Assembly (NCBI GenBank): GCA_001761425.1
Contig: CP012986.1
Coordinates: forward strand, 660,001-692,000
Source of the DNA: Candidatus Saccharimonadota bacterium
GTDB taxonomy: Archaea; Nanohalarchaeota; Nanosalinia; Nanosalinales; Nanosalinaceae
DNA length: 32,000 nt
Reading direction: 5' to 3'
Part shown: positions 1 through 8,936 of the stretch, piece by piece
How positions within the stretch are numbered: the stretch's first letter is position 1
Layout: every line of letters starts with the position of its first letter
Position numbers and translations under genes: made by a program
The notes under the pieces: model-generated
The model's database searches: none
The model's input: the letters and a program-made list of their open reading frames with translations, nothing else
What the model was told of the DNA's origin: nothing

Positions 1-42
1 CATTCGAGAATTTGATGCTTCTTCGAGCAAATACGATGTGTT

Positions 43-125
<83 letters not shown>

Positions 126-300
126 AAGATTTTGATTGGAAAACTGTGTGTAGCGTGGTGAGTAAGGCCTTATACAGGCTTTCAAAACTCGGGTATGTTT
201 GTTTTTTACAGTAAAGGTTTTTAATGGGCCTGTTTTCGTCTCAGTCTGTAGGTTTTCGGTGTCCGGGAAATGGATTTAAGTTTGGGTTCGAAGGAGTTAT

Positions 301-960
301 TTGTCAGGTGTTATTTTGCTGAATTATCAAGATTTCGAGGTGTTCTGGGATGGTCATGCCTCTGTTAGAGTTGAGGATGAAGATTTTACAGTCGCTGTAG
401 ACCCGTGTAGTAAGGTTGGAACCGGTTTTACGGCGGATATCGTTCTTTTGACTCACGGTGATACAGGTCATTTCGATCCTGAGGCCTTGGAACAGGTTAA
501 GGGGCCTAGGACTGTTCTTGTTGCACCTGATTCTATGAGGGACGAGGATTTCCCTGTTAGAGATGTCGAGTTTATCTCTGAGGGTGAGCATCTGGATATT
601 TACAGTGTTGAGATCGAAGCCGTACCGATGTTCAACGAGGATCATTCTAGAGACAGTGGTGTCGGCTACAGGTTCGTCATGAGAGATAAGGCCTTCTACG
701 TGGCGGGGGACACCGGGCTTCAGGATGAGTTGAGGGAGCTTGAGAACCGTGTGAACGTTGCCTTTCTGCCTGTGGATGGTGTCTATACTATGGATGTTGA
801 GGAGGCGATCAAGGCTGCTGTAAAGATCAAGCCAGATATTGCAGTGCCGTATCACTATGGAGAGCCTTTTTTCGAGGATTTAGAGGTTGATCTCCGGGGT
901 TTTGAGGCTGAACTGGTTGAGAGGAATATCGGCGTTGAAGTCCTTGACCCGGAAAAATGA
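301..960 (+). CDS. MBL-fold metal-dependent hydrolase (UPF0173-like), paralog 1
   Basis: 219-aa ORF with TTG start. Contains LTHGDTGHFD (relaxed HxHxDH motif), AGDTG and VPYHYG blocks, collinear with the next gene. Acidic composition. Confidence 0.75.
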   Translation: MSGVILLNYQDFEVFWDGHASVRVEDEDFTVAVDPCSKVGTGFTADIVLLTHGDTGHFDPEALEQVKGPRTVLVAPDSMRDEDFPVRDVEFISEGEHLDIYSVEIEAVPMFNEDHSRDSGVGYRFVMRDKAFYVAGDTGLQDELRELENRVNVAFLPVDGVYTMDVEEAIKAAVKIKPDIAVPYHYGEPFFEDLEVDLRGFEAELVERNIGVEVLDPEK

Positions 961-988
961 TTAATGCTTCGAGGCCTAAAACTTTGAT

Positions 989-1681
989 GTGATATCTATG
1001 AGAGGTTCTCATGAATTTGAAACTGTAGAGGTCGACTGGATCGACCATGCGACGGTAAAACTTAAAGACAGCGACGGTCTGGTCGTCTACATTGACCCGT
1101 GGAGCGACGTATTTGATGGTGAACAGGAGAAGGCAGATGTCATAGTCTCGACGCACGATCACTTCGACCATTTCGACAGGGAAGCGATAAAGGCCTTGAA
1201 GCAGAAAGATACGGTCCTTATTCTTACAGAGGATTCGGAGGACGATGCACCGGAAGAGATGGAGACAAAAGTTATCAGCCCAGGAAATTCGGTAGAGGCG
1301 CACGGTCACAGCTTCAGAGGTGTAGAGGCCTACAACGTTGACAAGTTCAGGGAGCCTGATACGCCTTTCCACCCTAAAGGCCTGTGTACAGGAGTTATCT
1401 TTGAACTCGACGGCTTAAAGTTCTACCATGCTTCAGATACAGATCCTATCGAAGAGATGGAGAAGTTATCGGAGGAAAAAATCGATGTAGCCTTCATGCC
1501 TGCCGGTGGACACTACACCATGGATCAGGAGGAAGCTATCGAAGCAGTGAAGAAGGTGAGGCCTGGAAAAGTCGTTCCGATACATTACGGCTACGTAGAC
1601 GAGACCACATGTGATACAGAGAAATTTGAAGAAGACATAACAGAGGGGACGGATTCAGAGGCCTTCATACTCGAAAACTGA
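989..1681 (+). CDS. MBL-fold metal-dependent hydrolase (UPF0173-like), paralog 2
   Basis: 230-aa ORF. STHDHFDHFD is a clean HxHxDH zinc motif, with ASDTD and VPIHYG blocks parallel to paralog 1. The track start 989 is GTG; the in-frame ATG at 998 is an alternative. Confidence 0.8.
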   Translation: MISMRGSHEFETVEVDWIDHATVKLKDSDGLVVYIDPWSDVFDGEQEKADVIVSTHDHFDHFDREAIKALKQKDTVLILTEDSEDDAPEEMETKVISPGNSVEAHGHSFRGVEAYNVDKFREPDTPFHPKGLCTGVIFELDGLKFYHASDTDPIEEMEKLSEEKIDVAFMPAGGHYTMDQEEAIEAVKKVRPGKVVPIHYGYVDETTCDTEKFEEDITEGTDSEAFILEN

Positions 1682-1699
1682 AGGCCTCTACTAATTTTT

Positions 1700-3430
1700 T
1701 TATTTTACTGTCACGCTTTTCGCCAGGTTTCTCGGTTTGTCCGGGTTATGCCCCAGCTCTACTGATGTCAGGTAAGCGATCATCTGGAAAGGTGCGACCT
1801 CTACGATCTCTTCAAGGCCTTTATCCGGTATCTCGATGAAGTACTCGAATGAGGAAATTTCATTCTTTCCGACTCCTATAAGATCAGCTCCTCTGGACCT
1901 TGCTTCCGCTGCGTTAGAAACTATCTCGTCGTACCCATTGTCCTTAAGGAAAGCGACTACAGGAGTACCCTCTTCTACGAGCGCGAGAGTACCGTGCTTG
2001 AACTCTCCTCCAGGGAAGGCCTCAGCATGGATGTAGGACAGTTCCTTCAGTTTTAATGCGGCTTCGTCCGCCATCTCGTATCCTTTATCTCTGCCGATAA
2101 AGTAAGCGTGTTCCTTACCTGTGAAGTAATCACTGATTGCCTCAATAGTATCTTTGTTGTTTTCCAGAACTTTTTCAACAGCTTCAGCTGTCTCAAGAAG
2201 TTTTTGTCTGCCTTCCTCAATCTCTCCTTCTGATGCGTACTGCAGGAGCTTCAGAACTCCGAGTTGGGAGGTAAAGGCCTTGGTGGATGCGACTCCGATC
2301 TCTGGTCCTGCGTTGATGTACAGTGTGTGATCTGATTGTCTGGCAAGAGTTGAGCCGACTGCGTTGACAACTGCGAGTGTCGGAGCCGGTGATTTATCAA
2401 GTAGGGATAGTAGATCAGCGGTTTCCCCGCTCTGACTTACTGCGATAACAAGATCGTCTTCGGATATGCTGTCTGCGGAGTATTCCAGTTCGTGGGCTTG
2501 TTCTGTTCTCACGTTGTAACCTGCCTCTTCCAGGTATTTTGCACCTAGTGATGCGGCGAAACTGGCGGTTCCGCAGCCTGTCAGGTAGATCTCGTCGGCT
2601 TTGTCAAGCATCTTGACAGCTTCCTCCAGATCGCTTTTATCCTGGAAGGAGGCTTTTTTCACGGTTTTAGGTTGTTCTTTGATCTCTTTCTGCATGAAGT
2701 GGTCGTGACCTTCTTTTGAGGCCTGTTCTGCGTCCCAGTCTACCTCTTGTATCTCTCTTTCGACAGGTTCTCTCTGGTTGTAGATCTCAAGTTTTCCGTT
2801 GAATTCGACCACGTCTCCGTCTTCCAGGAAGATCGCTTTAGAAGTATGTTCGAGGAACGGTGTTACGTCGGAGGCTAGGAACTTTTCGCTTCCGTTTACT
2901 CCGATTGCGAGAGGCGAGTCCTGTTTGACAGCTACCATTTCACCGGTCTTCAGAACTGCTGCGATAGCGTAAGATCCTTCAAGCCTCTCTTCCACGTCCA
3001 TCAGGGCTTCTTTCAGTGTAAGGCCTTCCTCCATTTTTTCTTCAAGCATGTGGGGGACTACTTCTGTATCTGTCTCCGAGCTGAAACTGTGGCCTCTGTT
3101 CTTCAGTTTTTCTTTGAGGCCTTCGTAATTGTTTATGATCCCGTTGTGGACTACTGCGATCTCTTCCCCGCAGTCTGTGTGTGGGTGTGCGTTCCTGTCG
3201 TTTACTCCGCCGTGTGTCGCCCATCTTGTGTGTCCGATACCTGAGGTCCCGTCTATCTCTGCTTCAGAGACTTCGTCGATCGTTCCCTCTCCTTTCTCTA
3301 CCTTGATAGAGGGGTTTCCAGCTGTTGCTATCCCGGCGGAATCATAGCCTCTGTACTCAAGTCTTTTGAGGCCTCTGTAGATCTTCTCTGCTGCTTCATC
3401 ATTTCCGTAGTATCCGACAATTCCACACAT
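1700..3430 (-). CDS. glmS: glutamine--fructose-6-phosphate aminotransferase (isomerizing)
   Basis: The ORF runs to 3493, but the conserved N-terminus MCGIVGY (catalytic Cys2 of class-II amidotransferases) starts at the ATG at 3430. A TTTAAGTAAA TATA-like box lies about 32 nt upstream of it. SIS-domain blocks (GCGTASFAA, SQSGETADL) and the C-terminal KSVTVK fit GlmS. Confidence 0.95.
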   Translation of the reverse strand: MCGIVGYYGNDEAAEKIYRGLKRLEYRGYDSAGIATAGNPSIKVEKGEGTIDEVSEAEIDGTSGIGHTRWATHGGVNDRNAHPHTDCGEEIAVVHNGIINNYEGLKEKLKNRGHSFSSETDTEVVPHMLEEKMEEGLTLKEALMDVEERLEGSYAIAAVLKTGEMVAVKQDSPLAIGVNGSEKFLASDVTPFLEHTSKAIFLEDGDVVEFNGKLEIYNQREPVEREIQEVDWDAEQASKEGHDHFMQKEIKEQPKTVKKASFQDKSDLEEAVKMLDKADEIYLTGCGTASFAASLGAKYLEEAGYNVRTEQAHELEYSADSISEDDLVIAVSQSGETADLLSLLDKSPAPTLAVVNAVGSTLARQSDHTLYINAGPEIGVASTKAFTSQLGVLKLLQYASEGEIEEGRQKLLETAEAVEKVLENNKDTIEAISDYFTGKEHAYFIGRDKGYEMADEAALKLKELSYIHAEAFPGGEFKHGTLALVEEGTPVVAFLKDNGYDEIVSNAAEARSRGADLIGVGKNEISSFEYFIEIPDKGLEEIVEVAPFQMIAYLTSVELGHNPDKPRNLAKSVTVK

Positions 3431-3575
3431 AACTAACAGTAGTCCAACATCAATGCATTTACTTAAACCCCTGTCTATCAGGCCTGCAACCATACAAAAA
3501 CCTGTTTGAACGGTTTTCTGTTTTATGCTATGAAACCGTATTTTACGCCTTGAAAAACGATCAAGAAGTAAAACA

Positions 3576-3584
3576 TTTATTAAA
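3576..3584 (+). promoter_or_regulatory. TATA-like box (TTTATTAAA) for the 3605 gene
   Basis: A/T box centred about 25 nt upstream of the ATG at 3605. This fits a leaderless or short-leader archaeal transcript. Position only, no experimental support. Confidence 0.4.
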
Positions 3585-3604
3585 CCAGTGTCAAAACTTT
3601 TTGT

Positions 3605-4510
3605 ATGGTTGAGTATTTTAAATCGGATCAGCTGTTCGATGCTGATGAGCTGGACAGTAAGAAGATCAAGGCCTTAGATGATGATACCAGGCTGGAGATC
3701 ATGAAACTTCTTTCCAGGGAGCCGGGCTATCCTTCAGAAGTCGCAGAAAACCTTTCAGTCTCGAAGCAGAAGGCTTACTATCATTTCCAGAAGCTGGAAG
3801 AGGCAGGCCTTCTACAGGAGTTGAGAAGCGAAAACGTTTCTGGAGGACAGGCAACGTATTACTCTCCGACAGCAGATGGTTACATACTTGATCTGGGAAA
3901 CACTGGGAGGCCTTTCCATCTTCCTGAGCGTAAAGGCCCTGTAATCGATTTTTTGCATCCTCTTGTGGAGGAAGGGGAGTTGAACGGGAGTATTGTCGTC
4001 GGTTCACCGGATCAACATGGGCCTGATCAGGTACGCGCTCGTGACGGTCATCTTGCTGGCGAAGCTGCCCTGAAGCTGGGCAAGTATACGGATACGGATG
4101 AAGAGCTAGTGAGGCTTGATACCGAGATCGTCAGAGATGACCATTTCGACCAGAATTTCCTTCTGATCGGCGGCGTCCTTACGAATACCTTGACGAAGAA
4201 GTTCAACGAGGCTTTTCCCGCAAAGTTTTCGGGACAGGAGTTTCCGTACAGGGAGATCTCGACGCCAGAGTCAACCTACACCGAGGATAATATAGGCCTT
4301 GTAGCTAAAGCAAGGCATCCAGACAAGCTGGGTAAGACACTGTTCCTGGTTGCTGGCGTAAGAAATGCTGGAACCCTGGCTGCGGTCAGAGCCTTCAAAA
4401 ACCTGGAAACTCTAATTCAGGGATACGAGGGAGGAGAGTTTTACAAGGTAGTCCGCGGCCTTGACCTCGATGGGGACGGGGAGATAGACGACTTTGAGGT
4501 TGTAGAATGA
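3605..4510 (+). CDS. winged-helix (ArsR/TrmB-style) HTH protein with unrecognised C-terminal domain of about 200 aa
   Basis: N-terminus LDDDTRLEIMKLLSREPGYPSEVAENLSVSKQKAYYHFQKLEEAGLL is a typical wHTH. The stop overlaps the next start (ATGA at 4507-4510). Confidence 0.7.
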   Translation: MVEYFKSDQLFDADELDSKKIKALDDDTRLEIMKLLSREPGYPSEVAENLSVSKQKAYYHFQKLEEAGLLQELRSENVSGGQATYYSPTADGYILDLGNTGRPFHLPERKGPVIDFLHPLVEEGELNGSIVVGSPDQHGPDQVRARDGHLAGEAALKLGKYTDTDEELVRLDTEIVRDDHFDQNFLLIGGVLTNTLTKKFNEAFPAKFSGQEFPYREISTPESTYTEDNIGLVAKARHPDKLGKTLFLVAGVRNAGTLAAVRAFKNLETLIQGYEGGEFYKVVRGLDLDGDGEIDDFEVVE

Positions 4511-5739
4511 CAGAAAAAGACTGGAAGGTTTTCCAGCAGGATGTGCTGGACGTCCTCAGACAGTACGAAGGATACTTCGATTTCTTCGAGAGAGTCGGCA
4601 GTCTAAGCGATGATTCAAGACCTGACAGTTTCGCACGCATTTCCCGGGAGGAAAAAAAGGAGATCTGGGTTCTTGACGCGAAAAACAAAGCTGAGATCAA
4701 CGAGGACGACGAGCAGAGGATGGAGAAATACCTGGAGATGGCGAAGTCCAATCCTATCGATGTAGGCCTCCAGATGAGCGAGCTTTCCGAATACAGGATC
4801 CGCGGAGTCTTTGTCACGCCCCAGGAAAGGCCTGAAACAGATTACGAGGCTGTGAAGTTCTCCGAGCTTCATCAGTTTCTTCAGAAGGAGCTGATCTATA
4901 ACAATATCAGCAAGCTTGTCAGGGATCTGGCGAAGATGGCTGAGAGAAAACAGTTAAGCCAGAACCAGGCCCGCCTCCTGTTCCGGTCTCTGAAACCATT
5001 TGAAGATCGTCTCGATGAAGCTATGGAGAAGCTTGAGGAACTAGAGGATAAGTACGTAGGCCTGAAGCTTAGAAAGCCTCCGTTAAGCAGTTTTGATTTC
5101 AAGGTGCCGGTTGATGCAGTGCTTGTACATGAGGAAAAAGGCAAGGCCTTTCTGATCGATGTTCCCTACAGTGAAAGCGAGTTTGAGAATATAGAAGATA
5201 AAGTAGGTGAAGTGAAGGATCGTATGAGCGGGATAGATAAAGAAGTGTACTATACTGCTCTGGATACGTTTGAAGGCCATGATTCAGAGTTTGTTCATGA
5301 ACTGCGTGATATAGAGGAGGAGATACAGAAGACAGCTGGTATAGTTTCGCCTGAAGAGCTGGCAGAGTTATTTACGCCGAAAGTTTCTACTGAAAAACGT
5401 TATGAGGAGGATTATATCGAGGTTCTTGATACTGAAGGCCTTGGCTTTCGGCTTCGTGTTCAGACGTTTGACGATGTCAGTCATAAAGTTGAAGTTCTAC
5501 TTCCTGAGGATGCTAGCTCCCGTATAAAGGATCGTGTGATGAACTCGAGGAAGGAGTTCGGTACTGTCGATGAAGGCCTTTTACAGCAGCAGGTAAAGGT
5601 TGCGGAAGGCCCTAAGATTAATTTGTCTGGTCAGGAAAAGGAGTTGAGTGAGTACAGGTCGGATGTGAAGAGTCTCTATCATCCTGCGGTGAATCCTGTG
5701 CTGAGTAAAAAAGTCAAGAAAACCGCCAAGAAGAGCTGA
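4507..5739 (+). CDS. PD-(D/E)xK (Mrr/NERD-like) nuclease-fold N-terminal domain protein with long helical C-terminal region
   Basis: 410-aa ORF. N-terminus FQQDVLDVLRQYEGY ... RPDSFARISREEKKEIWVLDAKNK gives helix-E, PD and D-x-K in the canonical order and spacing. The remaining 280 aa or so are not recognised. Translationally coupled to the HTH gene. Confidence 0.55.
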   Translation: MTEKDWKVFQQDVLDVLRQYEGYFDFFERVGSLSDDSRPDSFARISREEKKEIWVLDAKNKAEINEDDEQRMEKYLEMAKSNPIDVGLQMSELSEYRIRGVFVTPQERPETDYEAVKFSELHQFLQKELIYNNISKLVRDLAKMAERKQLSQNQARLLFRSLKPFEDRLDEAMEKLEELEDKYVGLKLRKPPLSSFDFKVPVDAVLVHEEKGKAFLIDVPYSESEFENIEDKVGEVKDRMSGIDKEVYYTALDTFEGHDSEFVHELRDIEEEIQKTAGIVSPEELAELFTPKVSTEKRYEEDYIEVLDTEGLGFRLRVQTFDDVSHKVEVLLPEDASSRIKDRVMNSRKEFGTVDEGLLQQQVKVAEGPKINLSGQEKELSEYRSDVKSLYHPAVNPVLSKKVKKTAKKS

Positions 5740-5776
5740 GGCCTTATGCATACAGTTCTGCTTAAAAAATTTCTGT

Positions 5777-6046
5777 TTGAATTGTTTTTCTGTGAACAAC
5801 AGTAGTTTCAAGAAGCAGGAGTATATCCATCTCCACGGCCTCCTAAGTGAGGTTGCGGACTATGTGGATAGCGAAAAAGTTTACGGCGACATCGAGGAGG
5901 TTGAAGCATATCAGCAGTACCTTGGGAAAGACGTTAAACCTACTTCTATCCATATGAACAGGAGTGATCACAGGGAATCAGTTTTCCTTCTTGTGGAGTC
6001 CATCAACAAGTTTCTTGATGGAGAAGGTCAGAGCATCGAGCAGTAG
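5777..6046 (+). CDS. UPF0058-like small archaeal protein
   Basis: KKQEYIHLHGLLSEV ... KPTSIHMNRSDHRESVFLL resembles the archaeal UPF0058 family as I remember it. The track start is TTG 5777; an in-frame GTG at 5792 is equally plausible. Confidence 0.55.
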   Translation: MNCFSVNNSSFKKQEYIHLHGLLSEVADYVDSEKVYGDIEEVEAYQQYLGKDVKPTSIHMNRSDHRESVFLLVESINKFLDGEGQSIEQ

Positions 6047-6084
6047 GATCAGGCCTTGAGATTTCTTATATAGCTTTCGCCAGT

Positions 6085-6092
6085 TTTTATAC
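6085..6092 (+). promoter_or_regulatory. TATA-like box (TTTTATAC) for the Toprim gene
   Basis: Centred about 28 nt upstream of the ATG at 6117, suggesting a leaderless mRNA. Confidence 0.35.
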
Positions 6093-6116
6093 TTCTCCCT
6101 TCCTATTTTTCTGTTT

Positions 6117-6542
6117 ATGAGGAAGGAAAAATTTATTGAGAAGAAAGAGCTTGAAGAAGTCGTCTCCAGAATTGACAGGGATGTTGATTCGGTAGTTGTA
6201 GAGGGTTACAGTGACAGGATAGTGATGGAGAAACTGGGGTTTAACGGGAAGATATTTCTCTCCGCTGAGAAAACAGTTGAAGGCCTTGTGGAGGATGTCT
6301 CCCGTGGAGCGACCAGGGTAGCGGTTCTTACAGACTTCGACAGCCACGGTAAGAAACAGGCAGAAAAAATCTCACGTATGCTTCAGGAAGAGGTAGATGT
6401 CCTCAGAAGCCACAGGAAAGATTTTGGAAAACAGTTGACCTCTACAGACAGGAGAGCTGTCGAAGATATTTCACCGCTGTTTGTGGATAAGGAACAGAAG
6501 TTTGTGGATGCAGCGCTGGATGACATATTTTTTAGGGATTAA
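6117..6542 (+). CDS. Toprim domain protein (UPF0292 / RNase M5-like)
   Basis: 141 aa. VVVEGYSD (Toprim Glu) and VAVLTDFDSHGKK (DxD) occur in the right order, and the size is typical of stand-alone archaeal Toprim proteins. Confidence 0.8.
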   Translation: MRKEKFIEKKELEEVVSRIDRDVDSVVVEGYSDRIVMEKLGFNGKIFLSAEKTVEGLVEDVSRGATRVAVLTDFDSHGKKQAEKISRMLQEEVDVLRSHRKDFGKQLTSTDRRAVEDISPLFVDKEQKFVDAALDDIFFRD

Positions 6543-7159
6543 GGCCCTGCACCGATCTCTCTCATATATTCGAACACGTTGTTTCCAACCGTCTTTGGTT
6601 CTTTTCCTTCCCTGTATCTCATCCAGTCATCGCTTACCACAAAGATTTCATCCATATTCAGGCTTCCAAGATTATCAACGTCCGTCGAACCTGATTCCTG
6701 AGCCGCTGCCATCTGATCATCAACAATGGTCTTAGGCTCAACAGGATTTGGATAACGCCCAGGTTCCTCAAAATTATCGCCCTCGAACGCTCCATCAGGC
6801 CTTTTATCGGTGTAGCCTCTCTGAATACGGTCCACAAGTACTGCGGCCCTGTAAAACTGCTCGAGATCTGACTCACCCTGTACAAGCTCTCCCGAGACTG
6901 AAAGACTGTCTTCATCCGACATCATACCGTAAACTCCAGCTCTCCGAGCTTTTTCAGCGATTTCATAACCTACAAAACGGGCAGCCTCACTTTGAATATC
7001 ATTCTCAGCTACTGCACGTAAGTCCTCCCTCCAGTCAATGTTATAATCCGATGTGTCGGCAGCGAAAGCCGTCATAGTCGAGGAACTGCGTAAAATGCTG
7101 AGGCCTTCGTCCGGAGCTTCCTCTAGTGCCTTCTTCCTCAAAGCTTCAAAATCGTCCAC
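6539..7159 (-). CDS. hypothetical acidic protein
   Basis: 206-aa ORF lying 43 nt downstream of the beta-CASP gene on the same strand. Coding-like acidic composition, no motif recognised. Its stop shares TTAA with the convergent Toprim gene. Confidence 0.65.
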   Translation of the reverse strand: MDDFEALRKKALEEAPDEGLSILRSSSTMTAFAADTSDYNIDWREDLRAVAENDIQSEAARFVGYEIAEKARRAGVYGMMSDEDSLSVSGELVQGESDLEQFYRAAVLVDRIQRGYTDKRPDGAFEGDNFEEPGRYPNPVEPKTIVDDQMAAAQESGSTDVDNLGSLNMDEIFVVSDDWMRYREGKEPKTVGNNVFEYMREIGAGP

Positions 7160-7201
7160 GTCCAGTTTCTGTTGCCTAAAACTTAAATTAGGATCCAGTA
7201 T

Positions 7202-8191
7202 TCAGAAATCACTTAGAGAGGTCTGGTTCCGTTTTAAGGCCCTGGCATCAACACCATGCTCTTTCTTCAGATAGCTTGCGAAGGCCTCATCGAAACCGTG
7301 GAGTGTATAGACTTTTTCTGGATCGACTTTTTCCACCATCTCGACTAGCTCATCGAAGTCGCAGTGATCGGACAGGACAAATGTTTCATCGTAACCGCCC
7401 CTGTATTTGAAGGAGTCAGAGACAGCCCAGCCCGAAAAACCAGCTTTCAAAGCACCGTACTCATCCACAACTTTTTCAACCCAGTCAGCCTGGGAACTTC
7501 TTGAAGGGGCTATCAAGATACCGTTATCCTCCAGCACCTCCTTGTTCTCACCGTAAGGCCTTGCACTGAATTCAAGGTTTGAAACCTCTTCTACAACATC
7601 GTTCATCTCCTTCACAGAACCATGCGCGATCAAAGGCCTATCCGAAAACTTTTCCACGATATACTGGATCTTCTGGGCCTTGCCCAGAGAATAACCGAAT
7701 AAAATAAGCGGAGAATCCCTGTTTTCCTCTATCCAGGCCCTGATATTTTTCTCGACTTTTTCCTGCGGAGGGAAACGGTAATTCGGAATCCCATAGGTTG
7801 TTTCCATCACTAGAACATCTGCTTCTGGAGGATTGAAGCCTTCAAGATACGCCCTGTCGCGTGTGGAAGCATCGCCGGTGTAAAGAACTGTTTCACCTTT
7901 CATCTCAAATTTCACAGCTGAAGAGCCTAGTATATGACCTGAATCAATGAGTTCAAGGCCTTCTGCTTCTGTACTGTACTTGAATTTTTCTTCAAGCCGG
8001 GCCTGAAACAGTTTTCCGGTTTTCTCCGAGCAAATTACCTCGTTGGACGATTCCTGATGCATATGGTCGAAATGAGCATGTGTCACCACGTTCAGGTCGC
8101 CTGAGGCCTTCCTGCTGTCGGCCACGACCTCTCCCTTGTTGAAATGTATACCGTCCTTTTTCCTTATCACATCTAGGGTTTTGGGCCTCAA
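7202..8191 (-). CDS. MBL-fold / beta-CASP family nuclease (short, COG1236-like)
   Basis: 329 aa with TTG start. THAHFDHM (HxHxDH), DSGHILGSS, YTGD, METTYG and SDHCDFDEL match MBL motifs 1-4 and beta-CASP motifs A-C in order. Confidence 0.8.
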   Translation of the reverse strand: MRPKTLDVIRKKDGIHFNKGEVVADSRKASGDLNVVTHAHFDHMHQESSNEVICSEKTGKLFQARLEEKFKYSTEAEGLELIDSGHILGSSAVKFEMKGETVLYTGDASTRDRAYLEGFNPPEADVLVMETTYGIPNYRFPPQEKVEKNIRAWIEENRDSPLILFGYSLGKAQKIQYIVEKFSDRPLIAHGSVKEMNDVVEEVSNLEFSARPYGENKEVLEDNGILIAPSRSSQADWVEKVVDEYGALKAGFSGWAVSDSFKYRGGYDETFVLSDHCDFDELVEMVEKVDPEKVYTLHGFDEAFASYLKKEHGVDARALKRNQTSLSDF

Positions 8192-8225
8192 AGAATATCA
8201 AAAGAAAACTTCTGTCACCGGTTGT

Positions 8226-8238
8226 ATTTTAAAAAATT
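8226..8238 (+). promoter_or_regulatory. TATA-like box (ATTTTAAAAAATT) upstream of tRNA-Trp
   Basis: Strong A/T box centred about 32 nt upstream of the mature tRNA 5' end at 8263. Confidence 0.45.
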
Positions 8239-8262
8239 GACTTCTTTTTCCTATTTAGACCC

Positions 8263-8602
8263 GGGGGCATGGTGTAACCTGGGATCATATCGGACTCCAG
8301 GAATTGGTTACGCTCGATTCAGACGCAATGAGGCATTTTCAATGCCTCTCGGGAGTTCCACATCCTGAAAGCGATTCCATAAGGAATGGCTTATTGCGTG
8401 CGATTAGCGTCGCAGGCTTCTAAAGGAAGACCTGCTTTAGCACACTTTCCAGATGGAAAGGTGCATTAACAATCGCTGGAGTAATGAGAAGATTGAGGCC
8501 TATCGGAGCCTGGTCTTCGATGATTACAGCCCGGATACGCGCCTATTTATTGGCGGCTATTGGAGATATCCGACGATCAGGGTTCAAATCCCTGTGCCCC
8601 CA
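8263..8602 (+). tRNA. tRNA-Trp (anticodon CCA) interrupted by an intron of about 267 nt at the canonical 37/38 position
   Basis: Exon 1 (8263-8300): GGGGGCA acceptor, D arm, TCGGA-CTCCAG. Exon 2 (8568-8602): A-TCCGA, CGAT, CAGGG-TTCAAAT-CCCTG, TGCCCCC, discriminator A. The anticodon-stem halves TCGGA/TCCGA and the acceptor halves are perfectly complementary. Confidence 0.85.
8301..8567 (+). other. tRNA-Trp intron, highly structured
   Basis: The intron 3' end TGGAG (8561-8565) pairs with CTCCA of the anticodon loop (BHB-style). Perfect local hairpins include GAGGCATT-TTC-AATGCCTC, ATTCC-ATAA-GGAAT, GCAGG..CCTGC and CTTTCC-AGAT-GGAAAG. Weak C/D-like boxes are present. Confidence 0.7.
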
Positions 8603-8936
8603 TCATCCATATTGTATGATAATCTCGTACACAGACCTTCTAAGACAACTAATGGAAGTGGTGGAAACACTACAACAGCTATCCTGATAGTGGGAAAAAG
8701 TTTCTAGATAGAAACGACAAAGAATTTAAGCCCGAAGATCAGAAACAGTTAGGTAACGTGACTGACAACCACGGAAAATCGGTCACTTCAAAACAGGAGA
8801 TATAGATGAAAAATTCTAAGAATTTTCGGCTCAAGAAAACCGGAGGTTTTCGTTGTGAAACAAAGATCTAAACGAAAACATAGAGAACTCTCGGACGAAG
8901 AAATAGATCAGCTTATATCAGACAACCAAGAACTAG

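Noticed and set aside
304-1372. Long antisense ORFs (304-855 and 827-1372, minus strand) opposite the two MBL-fold genes
   Set aside because: They lie fully within better-supported sense genes that carry recognisable motifs. Their translations are low-complexity and basic (R/L/S/C-rich), unlike the acidic proteome here.
3431-3493. 21-codon N-terminal extension of the glmS ORF (MVAGLIDRGLSKCIDVGLLLV)
   Set aside because: GlmS requires Cys as the first mature residue. The conserved MCGIVGY starts at 3430, and a TATA-like box lies inside the supposed extension.
8453-8707. ORFs 8453-8707 and 8484-8687 on the + strand
   Set aside because: Both run through the tRNA-Trp intron and 3' exon. The tRNA fold explains the sequence, and the peptides show no protein-like features.
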